Assembly (NCBI RefSeq): GCF_009914755.1
Contig: NC_060930.1
Length of the DNA: 64,000 bases
Direction: 5' to 3' (one strand)
Source: the human T2T-CHM13v2.0 reference genome, Homo sapiens
Of the stretch, positions 1 through 14,478 are shown piece by piece (position 1 is the stretch's first letter; every line of letters begins with the position of its first letter). The translations under genes and the position numbers were made by a program. The notes beneath the pieces were generated by a model that had not been told where the DNA came from, searched no databases, and worked only from the letters and a program-made list of their open reading frames with translations.

Positions 1-290
1 ACATTATCCTAAGTGAAATAACTCAGAAACAGAAAATCCAATACTGCATGTTTTCTCTTATAAGTGGAAGCTAAATAATAAGTACCCGTGGACACAAAGA
101 TGGAAGCAATAGACACTGGGGACTCCAAAGCAGGGAAGAAAGATGGGGGGCAAGGGTCAAAAAATTACTTATCAGGCACTATGTTCACTATTTGGGTGAT
201 GAGTTCACTAGAAGCCCAAACCTCACCATTACACAATAGACCTGTGTAATAGACCTGCACATGAAACCCTGAACCTAAAATTAAAAAAAA
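1..290 (+). mobile_element. L1 3' end (L1PB/L1MA-type), runs off window start
   Basis: Typical L1 3'UTR text (CTCAGAAACAGAAAATCCAATACTGCATG...ACCTGCACATG...CCCTGAACCTAAAATT) ending in an A-run. Confidence 0.85.
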
Positions 291-739
291 TACTTTCCTC
301 ATTGATTGTTTCATTTCTTCATATGGCTAATTAGTCACAGAGAAAAGATTATTCTCCTCTGCTGTGCCCAACCCCATACACTTCATGCAGGTCTTTCTTC
401 AAACGGGGGACCATTATACTGGTGTCCATCTCTTTGAAGAAAAGGAGAGGGAAAATCTGGAGTTTGAGGCTCTGTTTCTTATCATAGTCTTTTTCATCTT
501 TTAATTTTTGTTCAACCTTATCTACTATGGCAGAAACTACCAATACCTGAGTTTTCCTTTTGGAGGCACACAATTAGACATATTTCCCATCCTGTGGCAT
601 CTATGTGAGACTACAGAACTGATTCCTATCAACGTGACACATCTCAGGGAGGCAAGGTGTGTTACTTGGAGGGCTAGGTGTGTCTGCTATGCTCTCTCAG
701 TCTTTCTTTATACATCTCATAAATGTAGAGAACTCTGAC

Positions 740-890
740 ATACAGTCACAAGTTGACAGATGCCTGGATCCCTGAATGATTGCATGAGCAGAGCTCTACA
801 TCGACCACACTGAAATGTGACTTGACCGGGAACTTTTTTATGTTACGTTACATTGTTTGTTTTAGCAATCAAGTCTACCCTGACTCATAA
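740..890 (+). mobile_element. Old MLT1 (MaLR) LTR 3' fragment
   Basis: GCCTGGATCCCTGAATGATTGCATGAGCAGAG...TTGTTTTAGCA...CCTGACTCATA resembles the MLT1H/I 3' end; highly diverged. Confidence 0.4.
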
Positions 891-1217
891 TTGCCAGCTT
901 TTTCTCTTCTCCTTTCTTATTCTCTCTGGCCAAATGTTTGCTTGGTACTCTGTTCCTGAGTCATTTCTTGAATCTTCAACTGACTAACTCACCAGAGGTT
1001 ACTTGTCAATGGCCCTAGCTCTTCAAAGACAGGGCAGGTATACTGTTCACCTTTGCACCTCTATTGTCATTCATGCAGTAGGTTCAATAAATAAATGTGT
1101 AAGGTGCTATTCATAAGATGTTGCTAAAATGGGTCCTTCTTCTCGAGGTTCTTACCTCAAATTGAGGAGACAAGATATATACATATGTAAGGTAGTATAT
1201 GAAAAGTGCCAGTGGTT

Positions 1218-1605
1218 CATATACACCGTGAAATATTGTGCAGCCATAAAAAAGGATGAGTTCATGTCCTTTGCAGGGACATGGATGCAGCTGGAAACCA
1301 TCATTCTGAGCAAACTATCACAAGGACAGAAAACCAAACACCTCATGATCTCACTCATAGGTAGGAATTGAACAATGAGAACACTTGGACACAGGGCGGT
1401 GAACATCACACACCAGGGCCTGTCGTGGGGTGGGGGTCTAGGGGAGGGATAGCATTAGGAGAAATACCTAATGTAAATGATGAGTTAATGGGTGCAGCAA
1501 ACCAACGTGGCACATGTATACCTATGTAACTAACCTGCACGTTGTGCACATGTACCCTAGAACTTAAAGTATAATTAAAAAAAAAAAAAGAAAGAAAAGA
1601 AAAAA
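1218..1605 (+). mobile_element. 5'-truncated L1PA (about L1PA4-7) 3' end with poly(A)
   Basis: ORF2 C-terminal remnant (AIKKDEFMSFAGTWMQLETIILSKLSQGQKTKH), L1PA 3'UTR, A-rich tail; TSD GAAAAGTGCCA(G/A)TGGTT at 1201-1217 and 1606-1622. Confidence 0.95.
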
Positions 1606-2633
1606 GAAAAGTGCCAATGGTTTGTTCAGAAAATAACTGCAGCTGGGGATCAGAAGAGGAAGCTAATATACAGCCTACTGTAGTTAAGGAAGTGTTCACA
1701 TCAGGGAGGAGAAGTGAGCTAAGCTTTGAAGGGCAAGTAGGATTCTAAGAGGTGGAGGAGATGAGAGAAATCACAGGAAAAGAGAAAGAGGAGGCATCTC
1801 TAGAGTTGCCCAGTGACATAAGCACAATTAAAACTTGGTTGTGCACATCATTCTTCCACAAGTGAGGTCCTAACCCAGTTGACTAATCAATAAAATTATA
1901 CTTATCTGCTCCTGGCATATTATACTTTCATGTACATCTTTGGAACAGTTCTCCTGATCTCTCCCTATATGAGATATATAAATAAGTGCTCATTATTGAT
2001 AGTAATTCCTATACTCTATCTGACATAGAGTCAGATTATTATTACCAATAAATCAGAGAGTTTCATCTGGCATTCTCCTCCATTCTGTCTGTCTATCAGT
2101 AATTTAAGCTTGCAGTCTCATTGAATATATATTCCTCTGTAATTTCTTCCCATGGCTTAAAACTAATTTTAACAGCCCTTTGCATGTGTAGATACATTTA
2201 TTTTAAAGGGCTCTCATCCATCTCTCATCATAGGATATGGAGAAGACTGAGGCTATCTCCTGGAGCAGAGACTTTAAGTGCAGATGATATTAGCTGTCTA
2301 TAACCAAGACAGGGCTGTTGGCTTATTATGGCAGACAGGGTTGGTAGTTCATTGGTAGTTTTCAGATGAAGAATTCACTATAAGTGCTAATAAAGCCAGG
2401 CCAAGCTGATCGTTGTCCAGGAAGGAGAATAGACAAGGAGAGAGCTCTCAAGAGGGTCAGTCATCAGGAAAGGAGTGGAGAGAAAGTGTTCTGGGGGTTC
2501 CAATATGGACTTAAGAGAAGTCATCTCTGAGAGCCTTGTTTCATGTTTATTTTCAACTAGATCCATCCTTTTCCCATTCCTAGCATTCACGCTCCCATCC
2601 CAAATCACTGAAGGGTTTCAGGTCTTGTTATAG

Positions 2634-2958
<325 letters not shown>

Positions 2959-3319
2959 TAGGGAACTATATTTGATACAGTTGTGATTGTAGGGAAAAAT
3001 GAGAGAAATGGAATATTTACCCATAAAGTGTAGTTATAAAATTCCTTTAAATTTTCTATTTTCTTCTCCAATATACTTGGAAGCTCAATATATTAATATT
3101 CTAGATGTGCTGAATACCCCCCTCTTCTGTCTCTGAGAACACTTACAGTCCTCGCCATTCATCTGGCCCTCCACAGAGTCTGCCTTAATACTGAGGCTGG
3201 CTTTTCCACAAGTGCTTTCTCCTTCCTTAGTAGTTACTCACAGACCACAGTTCTTGGTGGTCACCTGTAGACCTGGTTCTGAAGAAGCAGCATAATTGTT
3301 ACCTGTTTTTCTTCCCAAT

Positions 3320-3457
3320 AGACTCTGAGCCTCCTTGACGGGAAAGATTTTCCTTCTGGACCTCCATCTCCCTGGTGAAAGAAAGGTGGCACATGGCAAA
3401 TCTTCAACAAACGTTGGCTGTTTGAATGGATTGGTGAAGGATGAATGGATAAATGAA
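3320..3457 (+). mobile_element. L2 3' end fragment
   Basis: GGCACATGG...CAACAAACGTTGG...TGAATGGATAAATGAA is the typical L2 tail pattern. Confidence 0.5.
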
Positions 3458-4232
3458 GTGCAGATCCCTTGCAATTGGAGTCTGTGTTAGGGTCTGTGTT
3501 ATACCTCCTGTATCCTTGGTACCTGGCACTGTTCCTTGAACAGAGTTTTTAAACCCGTGGATGCTCTTTCAGCATGGAAGTCACTGGAATCAGTATTTAG
3601 GGGAAGAGTTATGAGTTGTTCTTTATTTCTCTATTAGTTATAACCAGCTTACTTCCACAAAGAGCTTAAAGAAAAAGAACATTAAGACTAGGACTTTTTC
3701 TCAAACATCTTACAGATTACAGGATTGTTCTTTTGAACTCTGAAAAATAAGCTGGTTTTGCTGTCAACTTTATGATTGGGTCAGAAGTCATCAGTGCTTT
3801 AACAACAGAATCTTGGGTGTGGTGTTTCCATGATTTCACCCAGGCATGTTCCCAGCATGAACATAAGGGAGGGAACACATGATTAAATAACGGTTTTTAA
3901 CATCTTGTCACAACTACATGTTTAGCCGGACTCTCAATAAAAAATGAATGTGTCCTCAGAGTCACTTGTCTGTTTTAGACACATTTCTAGCAGCACTTTG
4001 AACTTTCTTTAAAACATCACACGCCCCTTGAAAGCAGAGTCTGTGCTCTCAGGCTATGTGTGCAGTGAGTGTCTATAAATCCGCAATCACTTTCAAATCT
4101 ATGGGATTATAAGGCCAGGTCATCCCATGCCCTCAAAGCTGAATTCCAACTTAAATCAAAACCGTTTTCTGACTTAAATCACAAGTGCCCTGACTGGTAT
4201 GCTCACAACTTTCTTTCCTAATGACTAAAATG

Positions 4233-4235
<3 letters not shown>

Positions 4236-4267
<32 letters not shown>
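4236..4267. repeat. (TG)16 microsatellite
   Basis: Perfect TG run. Confidence 0.95.
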
Positions 4268-4271
<4 letters not shown>

Positions 4272-4824
4272 TCTCAGTTTGGCTCTCCCCCTTTCCCCCC
4301 TCGTCCCATCTTTCTCCTTATCTCAACAAAACCATCAATTTGCCAAGTAACCACTGTGGAAATTTCATTAAAGCTGCTGTATTTTACTGTAAATATCACC
4401 CACCCAGGGCATCCGGTTGAGCAGCACCAGATGTGCTTTCCTGGCCGATCGCCAGCCTCTGCTGAGCCATCGCCCTAGAAGGACATTTTCACCTCTGTGA
4501 GTTCGTCACATCAAGAGTAGCTCTTTCCAGAGACTTCTGTTAATGACAGAGAAAGTCTGTCTTGCTTTCTGCTTTAAATTGTGTACCCCATGTGCTGGAG
4601 CTGCATCTGCACAACAGTCTAAAGGCGAACAATTGGGCTCTGTGGTGTTTTGTGGTGTATAAAGTGAGATTCTCATTCTGTCCTAATGAGATGAGTCCAG
4701 GCGACTCTGCACACCACTGTAGGGTGGATTGAAGAGATTTGGCAGCCTCTCCATTCCCTCTTCTGGTTTTGGTTTTCCCACCTCTTTACCCACCCAGATT
4801 TCTCCCAACCTGCTCTTGGTACAA

Positions 4825-5870
4825 GCTGAAGCTCCAACCCTCAGTATCTTAGCATGTGACCTTATTTAGAGATAGGGTCTTTACAGGGGTAATCAAGTTA
4901 ATATGAGGACATGTGGGTGAGCCCTAATCCCATATGACTGGTGTTCTTTTCTTTTTTTTAACTTTTATGTTCAGGGGTACACATACAGGTTTGTTTTATG
5001 GGTAAACTCATGTCGTGGGGGTTTGGTATATATTATTGCATCACCCAGGTACTAAGCATAGTACCTGTTTTTTTTTTTCTGAACCTCTCCCTCCTGCTAC
5101 CCTCCTCCCTCAAGGGGGCCTCAGTGTCTGTTGTTCCCCTCTTTGTATCTCTGTGTCCTCATTATTTAGCTCACACTTATAAGTGAGAACATGAAGTATT
5201 TGGTTTTCTGTTCCTGCGTTAGTTCCCTTAGGATAAGGCCTCCAGCTCTATCCATGTTCCTGCAAAGGACATAATATTATTCTCTTCTTATGGCTGCATA
5301 GTATTCCATGGTGTATATGTGCCACATTTTATTTATTCAGTCCACCGTTGATGGGCATTTAGGTTGATTCCGTATCTTTGCTATTGTGAATAGTGCTGCA
5401 ATGAACACATGCGTGCATGTGTCTTTATGGTAGAATGATTTATATTCCCTCGGGTATAGATCCAATAATGGGATGGCTGGGTCAAATGGTAGTTCTGTTT
5501 TTAGTTCTTTGAGGAACCACCACACTGCTTTCCACAATGGTTGAACTAATTTAGACTGGTTTAAGAAGAGGAGCAGAGACGCAGAGGCAGATGTGCAGAG
5601 GAAAGAGGATGTGATGACACACAGGAAGAAGACGGCCATGTGGCTGGGGTGATGCCTCTACAAGCCCAGGAACACCAGGGATAGCCAGCAAACATGAGGA
5701 ACTGGAAGAGGCATGGAAGGCTCCATTCCTAGAGCCATCAGAGAGAGGATGGCTCTGCTGACACCTTGATTTCAGACTCCCAGCCTCCAGGACTGTGAGA
5801 GAATACATTTCTGATGTTTTAAGTTGCCCAGTTAGTTCTTGGTGTCTTGCAGCAGCAGCCCCCAAAAAGG
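4825..5870 (+). mobile_element. MLT1B/C (MaLR) LTR split by an L1 insertion
   Basis: GTGACCTTATTTAGAGATAGGGTCTTT...CCCTAATCC...GACTGG (4825-4947) resumes at 5554 with GACACCTTGATTTCAGAC...GTGAGAGAATACATTTCTG. Confidence 0.8.
4948..5553 (-). mobile_element. L1 3' end (L1PA13-16/L1PB-type)
   Basis: The minus-strand ORF shows the ORF2 C-terminus (QPLWKAVWWFLKELKTELPFDPAIPLL...HKDTCT...FIAALFTIAK); GACTGGT is repeated at both junctions. Confidence 0.9.
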
Positions 5871-6215
5871 AGTACCCCTCTCTTTCTCCCACTCTGCTCA
5901 CAGCAGCTGTCTTCCAACTCAGGGTCGTTCCACAGTCATGCTCCGCTCTAGCTGCATTCCAAGTGGCAAGTTTTTCTCTCTTTGCCCTCCAGCCCTCACA
6001 ACGTATCAGTCTTTGTCCACTTCTCCAATGCCTCAGTGTCTTTAGAGTTATTAATAGTGAAGGGACTACCTAAGAACAGTGGCATCTTAGGGCACGGCTG
6101 CTGGGCTGACAGGTCAATGGTCTGGGTCCAGGTTGTACATAACATCTACCAGAGGTTTCCCAGGAAAAATGGCTTCCACTGTTTCTCAAACTGGAATCTG
6201 AGGTCTCTCTAAGAG

Positions 6216-6512
<297 letters not shown>

Positions 6513-7846
6513 TGAGAGTTTTTTATCTTGTGTTTTCATTTACAAGACCTTCTAAAAAGTTATTAGTCTTCCAATTATAAAATCAAAACTTCTGTTTTGC
6601 AGTGATTATTACAAGCAAATATAATTTTTAAATCCATTTTCCTCGAACACTTTTTTCCCCCCTTAAAAGGGGGCTATTTATTTCTCAAAATTAAGAAACC
6701 ATGATGCAAATGAAAGGAATGGTCGGACAGAAACCTGGGCTGAGAGGCCTTTGGTCTTACCGCTGGCTTATTCTAATTTTGAGCTGGATCTCATTCAATG
6801 CCAAGCCAAATTTGCCAGCTCATCATTAGCCATTACATGTACAGATATATTTGCATGAGGATTTTAGAAAATAAAAACAATTGCTCACCTGTCTTTCTAT
6901 CAACTGAAACAGCCTTTCCAAATAACACTCTCTTTTCCCCTACTGCACCTCATGGAGCAAACATGCTGTGAGCAACTTTTAAAATAAATTATTCAGAATC
7001 TTGGAGGTTGGAAGATGGGGCAGAAGTCCCCTGGAGTATTTTGAAGTAAACACCAAATTATAAATGAAGAGCTCTTTATACACAGGTTGTAGGGGCAGGA
7101 ACAAGGACGGAGTGGATGGGCTGGATTCCAGCCCCTGGCTAACCTTCAGGAAAACAACTGAGTCTCAGTTCACCGGCTGGGAATCCTGAGGGGTAGTGCC
7201 CCTGTCTCTGAGGGTCTAGTGGAAAGGTTCCCTGATGAACGTCTGTGTGGATGCATGTGTGGGGGAAGAGTTCTCTTCTCCAGGCCTGGTTTCCACCGTC
7301 TGGGCATCATCTACCCCTAACGGAGGTGTGCTGTCTCTGCTCAGGCTGCAGAGAGGACGGGTGGGCCTGAGCGGAAGCAGAGAGTGGGAAGAGATGGCCT
7401 TGGGCATGCAGGAAGCCCTCTCTGGGCTGCCTTCCAAGGGCCTGATTTCCAGCTCTGCCGTGGCCCATCCAGGACAGAGGGCTTCAGCAGCTGTTTGGAA
7501 CAAGGCTTAGTCTAGGAGACAATCTGACAAGGTATAAGAGACGGACCCAACATGTCTTTGGGATGAGTTGATAAACAGCACAAGGTTTATAATTAGATCC
7601 CTGATTATCCTAAATTTCTAAAACAGAAGATTTTTGCTTTCCCTTCCTCTCCCATGGTAGAAAACTGGAAGGCATGCAGACCACCCTGGAAGAGCCCTCT
7701 TCCCAGAACTCTGGGGGTATAAAGGCTTGCCTAAGTAGGCCAGGACTGAAGAATGACAGGTCATGTCATCTTTTGCCAGATACTGGAAAATTCATTCTAA
7801 ACACACATACAAAAAATCCCCATTGCATTTAATTAAAATATAATAT

Positions 7847-8565
<719 letters not shown>

Positions 8566-8618
8566 TGCGTAAAAATGATGAAAATATCACATCATAGAAA
8601 ACTATATTCAGTGAAAAC

Positions 8619-8936
8619 AGCCAGGCACAGTGGCTCAAACCTGTAATCTCAGTGCTTTAGGAGGCCGAGATGGGCAGATCACTTCAGGCCAGGAGTTTGA
8701 GACCAGATTGGCCAACATGGTGAAACCCCATATCTACTAAAAAAAGAAAAAATACAGAAAAGATTAGCCAGGCATGGTGGTGTGTGCCTGTGATCCCAGC
8801 TACTCAGGAGGCTGAGGCAGAATAGCTTGAAACTGGGTGGTGGCAGCTGCAGTGAGCTGAGATCACATCACTGCACTCCAGCCTGGGTGACAGAGTGAGA
8901 CCCTGTCTCAAGAAAAAAAAAAAAAAGAGAGAAAAA
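8619..8936 (+). mobile_element. Alu (AluS/J)
   Basis: Dimeric Alu; perfect 22-bp TSD AGAAAACTATATTCAGTGAAAA at 8596-8617 and 8937-8958. Confidence 0.95.
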
Positions 8937-9150
8937 AGAAAACTATATTCAGTGAAAAGTAAGCTTTCATTTCTTCCAGATCAGGTGCTCTCTTTTCAGA
9001 GGAAACCAAGAATACATTCTTCTACATATTTTTCTGTGCATCAACAAAGATATACGTGTATCAGTAAACATATCTGTTGATATTTATATGACAGAATACT
9101 ATACCCAATATTTGTGATCTCGCTTTAATCACTTAACACATCTCAATGCT

Positions 9151-9416
9151 CTTTTTTTTTTTTGAGATGGAGTTTTGCTCATGTCACCCAGGCTGGAGCG
9201 TGTGGTGGTGCGATCTCAGTTCACTGCAGCCTCCGCCTCCCAAGTAGCTGGGATTACAGGCATGCATCACCACGCCCAGCTAATTTTTATATTTTTAGCA
9301 GAGACAGGGTTTCACCATGTTGGCCAGGCTGGTCTGGAACTCCTGACCTCAAGTGATCTGCCCACCTCGGCCCCCCAAAGTGCTGGGATTACAGGCGTGA
9401 GCCACGGTGCCTGGCC
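9151..9416 (-). mobile_element. Alu (AluS) with internal deletion
   Basis: Reverse Alu; TSD CTCA(A/G)TGCTCTTTTT; about 30 bp missing at 9240/9241. Confidence 0.93.
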
Positions 9417-9479
9417 CCTCAGTGCTCTTTTTATCTCTACCTAGAATGATCCAACTTATTTTAAAAATCTTCATACTAC

Positions 9480-9720
9480 CAGTGCTGAAACAACATTTTC
9501 CACACATTTCTTAGGTGTGCAAGTTTATTTGCCAGATATATTCCTAACAGTAGTGGAACTGTTAGATCAAAGGCATATGAATTTTTCATTTTGATAGATA
9601 TTGACAAATTGCCCTCTAAAGAGAGCATGTCGATTTATATTCCCTGCCTGTCTGCACTCTTACCAGTGCTGTGCATTTTAAAACTTTCTGATCTTTGCAA
9701 AACGTATGAGTAAACAAATG
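9480..9720 (-). mobile_element. Old L1M (L1ME-type) fragment
   Basis: ATATTCCTA...GATCAAAGG...TTTTGATAGATATTGACAAATTGCCCTC matches the reverse ORF2 3' region of old L1s. Confidence 0.6.
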
Positions 9721-9734
9721 TGTCTTCAGTGATT

Positions 9735-10100
9735 TTCTTGCTTCCAGTCTTGCTCCTTTTGATTCACTATTCACTCTGCAGCTAGGGTGTGAGTCCAATC
9801 CTGTAACTCAGCTTTAGAAGATGCTTCCATGGCTCCTCACCGTCCTTGAAATAGAGTCCCATTTCCTTGACTGGCTCACAAGGCCTTTTGTGTTTGCGGT
9901 CCTGTGTAGGTCTCTACTGCCATCCCTCATCTCTTGCTGCCTCGCACTCCACATTTCAGCCATGCTAAACTACTCAGTCTGCTCTCCCTCACCTCCTTCC
10001 AGACCTCTTTCCCGTGCTCCACCTGCCTGAGAATACTTTCCACTGCCTGTCTTCCCTACTCTGGCTCACACTCATCATTCTATTTTTGGCTTAGATGTGA
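9735..10100 (+). mobile_element. L2 fragment
   Basis: CTTCCATGGCTCC...TCCTTGACTGGCTCACAAGGCC pyrimidine-rich L2 pattern. Confidence 0.55.
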
Positions 10101-10959
10101 CATCTACCAGGTTATAACAGGAATGCACTGGCTGCCTCCACAGCCCTCTTACTTCGCCTTTTAAATTATGCAACACTTGGTATATCAAAATAGTATGTAA
10201 TATACACGTACGTTATGATGCAGAATCATAAAAATAAACCTATGCACCTACCAACTGCAACTGAAGAAACAGATGGCTGCCAACACTGTAATATGTGCTG
10301 CTTTCCTATCCATCATTACTCTTACCACACTGGGTGGTAGAGAATCTATACTTGTCTCTATTTCCCACTGGCATCTGAGTCCTGGGAAACAGGTCTGGAT
10401 CTGACCCATGCATAGTGGTATTCCAAGGCCAAGCATAGGGTGTGATAAGTTGCAATCACTTAATAATATTTTTAAATTGAATATAATAATAGTCAGAAAG
10501 GGGAATTTTTTTTTAATAGCCAGGCTCTCAGAAAACAAGTCAGTTATTAAGAACTTATCATCAGTTCACACTGTACTTTGGGTCATTTTTCCAAGGTCAG
10601 AGATCAAGTTGTATAGCTTAAGCCTCCTTGTCTGCCTCCTTTGGTGAGGTAGTATGCTATGACTTTTCATTTCTTTTCTTTTTTTCTTTCTTTCTATTTT
10701 TTGGTGGGCGGTACCATTGCTTATTTTAATTTTTCAGTTGTGTATCAATAAGGCTGAACAGTTTCTGAAGTACCAGGAATCTATATTAATATTATAATTG
10801 CAAAGTGAGTAAACTTACTCTTCCATGGTAATAAGTAATTCAGTTCCTGTCCAAAGCGAGAAATGTCATTCGTGACACTGATTTCACAAATTAAATGCTA
10901 TCAGCTACTTGAATTAAATAAGGAAACATATCACTAATGGAATTTAAATTAAGGTAACA

Positions 10960-11180
10960 ATAGTAACTCTAATTTAATAAGGGTGGACCTCATGCTAGGC
11001 ACACTGTAGATTTTTTGCTGATCTTTACCATTATCCTAGAAAGATACGAATGATTATTTCTGTGTTCAGATGAGGACATAGAGGTTCAAAGGGCGAGGGA
11101 TTGAACCAATGCCACTAAGCTTGGACATCAGAGAGCCAGAACGGGCATCAAAGTCTGTGTCTCCACAAAGCCAAGCCCCT
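10960..11180 (-). mobile_element. MIR
   Basis: CAGATGAGGACATAGAGGTTCAAAG MIR core in reverse. Confidence 0.55.
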
Positions 11181-11379
11181 TCCCCCATATCACACAGCAT
11201 CTCAAACACCATAACTAAAGAAATAGCACAATGCCTTTAAAAAGTATTTTCCTTATTTTTTTCTTTAAATTTACCCTGGTCTATCACTTAAAAGAATCAT
11301 TTTTATTGTTTTAAAATTATAACCTTTACTATTTTTTTACATGGTATTGGATATTTACTAAAAAGAGTATAATAAAGTA

Positions 11380-11590
11380 GTATGTTATTCATGATAAGTG
11401 CTAAAAGGAAAAACAAAGCAATGTAAGGGGATGGGAGGGGACAAGTCTGGATGTTTCGTTAGAAGAGGAGTTCAGAGGAACTTTCTTTGATAAGATGATA
11501 TTTGAACAGAAACCTCAGTGAAAGGAGGGAGGGAATCTGTGGAGATATCGGGGGTAGAAGGTGGGGAAAGAGGGGTCCCGGGCAAGGTGC
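11380..11590 (-). mobile_element. L2 fragment
   Basis: GATAAGTGCTA...GATGATATTTGAACAGAAACCT matches reverse L2. Confidence 0.5.
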
Positions 11591-12989
11591 ACCTGCCTCA
11601 GTGTGCACATTCACACCTAATTTGTAGCATATCCCAAGCTATAATATGGCTGTTTACATTTTAGAAGAGATTCCCCTACATTTTATGGAGCTTATGAATT
11701 GAAAAAGTTCTCTTAAGTCCTCAAAACAACCGATTTCTCTTGACTTCCAGACCCCCAAGAGCAAGCTGCACCTTTGCCTGCTTCCTGTTGACTCTGAATG
11801 AGGAGAAGGTTGCTCAAGCACGCACTCCCACTAGTGAAGCTCAGCAGAGAGCTGGTGATTGGGGACTTAATGAGATGGCACCTGTGAAACCCAAGTACAT
11901 GCGTGAAAGCTTATTGCTATTTTGGTTTTTGTAAGATTGAAAGTCAGGGGCACTCAGCATGGTCATATTTATCAAGCAGAAAGACATAATTCTCTTGTGT
12001 ATTAGAAGTAAAGGTCCCATTCAAAGCGCATGTGTATTTCTATCTCTCCAGGCATGCTGGGGCCCGTTAGACCAAATACCACGTGGATGGTCTCAGCAGA
12101 CAGAAAAACTCCACGGAGTTCTATCTGGGTAGAGGAAGGCCATCAAAGGGAGATATTGTCCAGGGCCTGAAAGTGGCACCAAAAAAAGAAAGGGTGGATC
12201 TTCACACAGGATGGGTGGAGGGGAAAGGAGGGAAGCTATTTAGCTGGAAACAAAACAAACCCACCCAGAATGAAATTGCACAATAAAAGGAGGAACAGAG
12301 AGTTCACAGTGCCAATTCGAGAATAAGTTCAATGCATATTCTAGCAAATTAGTAAATAAAACAGGATGAAATAGTGGATCAAGAAGGATTATTAATGAAA
12401 AGAACCATGACTTTGGGTTGCTAGGCTCCAGCTTGAGAGTCGCCAGCAGGACTAGATATGTCTGGTTAAGGTGGGTGGAAGCTGTCTCCATGTTCACAGT
12501 CATGTCTGCAAAAATAGAATTGGGATGATGAGAAAAGCCTGAAGGAAAATAAGCTGCTCTTCTACTCTCTCCATTCCTTGTGCATTGCTTCAATTTAACC
12601 TTACTAAACAAGCGCCGGCCTGCAGAAAGATGAGTGGTGTTTTCTATTCAATTAATCATTGAGGTGCTCTCCCAAAGAAACCGTCTGTCAATAAGACACA
12701 TTTGGAATGATGACAGGAGACCATGGACTATTAAACAGTAGAATGATGTGGATTTTCAGCTCACTTTCAAGGTTTCAGAGAGCACATACAACAAACACTT
12801 TCCTTCTAAAGACTCTAGGACCCCCACACTGTTGAATAAATGACTGTGTGTGTGTGTCTCTCTCCATCTCTCTCTCTCCTGCTCTGCAACATTTATGAAA
12901 AACTAGTGCAAAAATTGTGCATGGTTATGGATTCTCAAATCAAGTTTCCCCTGGGTTATCATTCAGATAAACTTAGCAAGAGAATCTTA

Positions 12990-13382
<393 letters not shown>

Positions 13383-13867
13383 TTAGGTAGTACATATCCC
13401 CATTTTATACATAAGAAAGCTGGCTTAGGCACACGCTGCCAGAATTTGGAAGCAGTCAGCAGAGCAGTCCTAGGGAGTGCTAGGTCTGAGCGGGACTGGA
13501 CCCTTTATCTCCCTCTGCTTTCCTCTCTGCCCTGGCCAGAGAAGAGCACCAAACACATGCTGTCAATCCTCACTCTGTCTCCACAGGGACGCCAAACGTC
13601 CTGTGCTACTAACAGACTTTCCACATGTGGAACTCCTTATGGCTCACAGCAGTTGGGAGACAACGACACTGCTGATCAACCAACTGCTCTGCTGCTGGTC
13701 TTAACAAGCAATGATAAAAAAGACCCATCAACTTCTGAGGTCGGCCTCCCAGAAGACAAAGCCTTTGTTCCCAATGTGGAATCAAGTCCTTGAGGGCGCC
13801 AGCTCTGTGTCTGTGCTTCCTTCAGCACCCTGCTCTTTTCCTCTTGCCAAATAGAAACCTTTTGAAC

Positions 13868-14110
13868 TAGCATTTCTCAAAGTACTCACCAGAATGTTCC
13901 AGAAGATGTTAGGCAATGGAATGTGGAGAGGGTGGTGGGAGGATTCTGTGATCAAATGTGCTTGAGAAATGCTCTTGAAGATTTACATGCACACTAGTAT
14001 AGTAAAGTTTCTGAGGAATCCCACAGTAAAGAACTATTTAATTTTATTTATTTTTGTGGTTCAGATTCTCCTTTTCTTTCTCCTCTGAACCCTACCCATG
14101 TCTAGTGGAA
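13868..14110 (-). mobile_element. hAT-Charlie MITE (MER103-like)
   Basis: Inverted AGCATTTCTCAA / TTGAGAAATGCT plus GAAGATTTACATGCACACTAG...CAGTAAAGAA resembling MER103C. Confidence 0.55.
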
Positions 14111-14172
14111 TATTTCTTTACCCATTATAGAATTGTAAAATTATGCAACCCTCCAAAATAATATCAGAGCAA

Positions 14173-14478
<306 letters not shown>

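Noticed and set aside
349-573. 74-aa minus-strand ORF with a charged stretch
   Set aside because: No recognisable homology, non-ATG start, no supporting exon structure.
881-963. Two AP-1 heptamers (TGACTCA at 881, TGAGTCA at 957)
   Set aside because: 7-mers occur often by chance, and one is the end of an MLT1 fragment.
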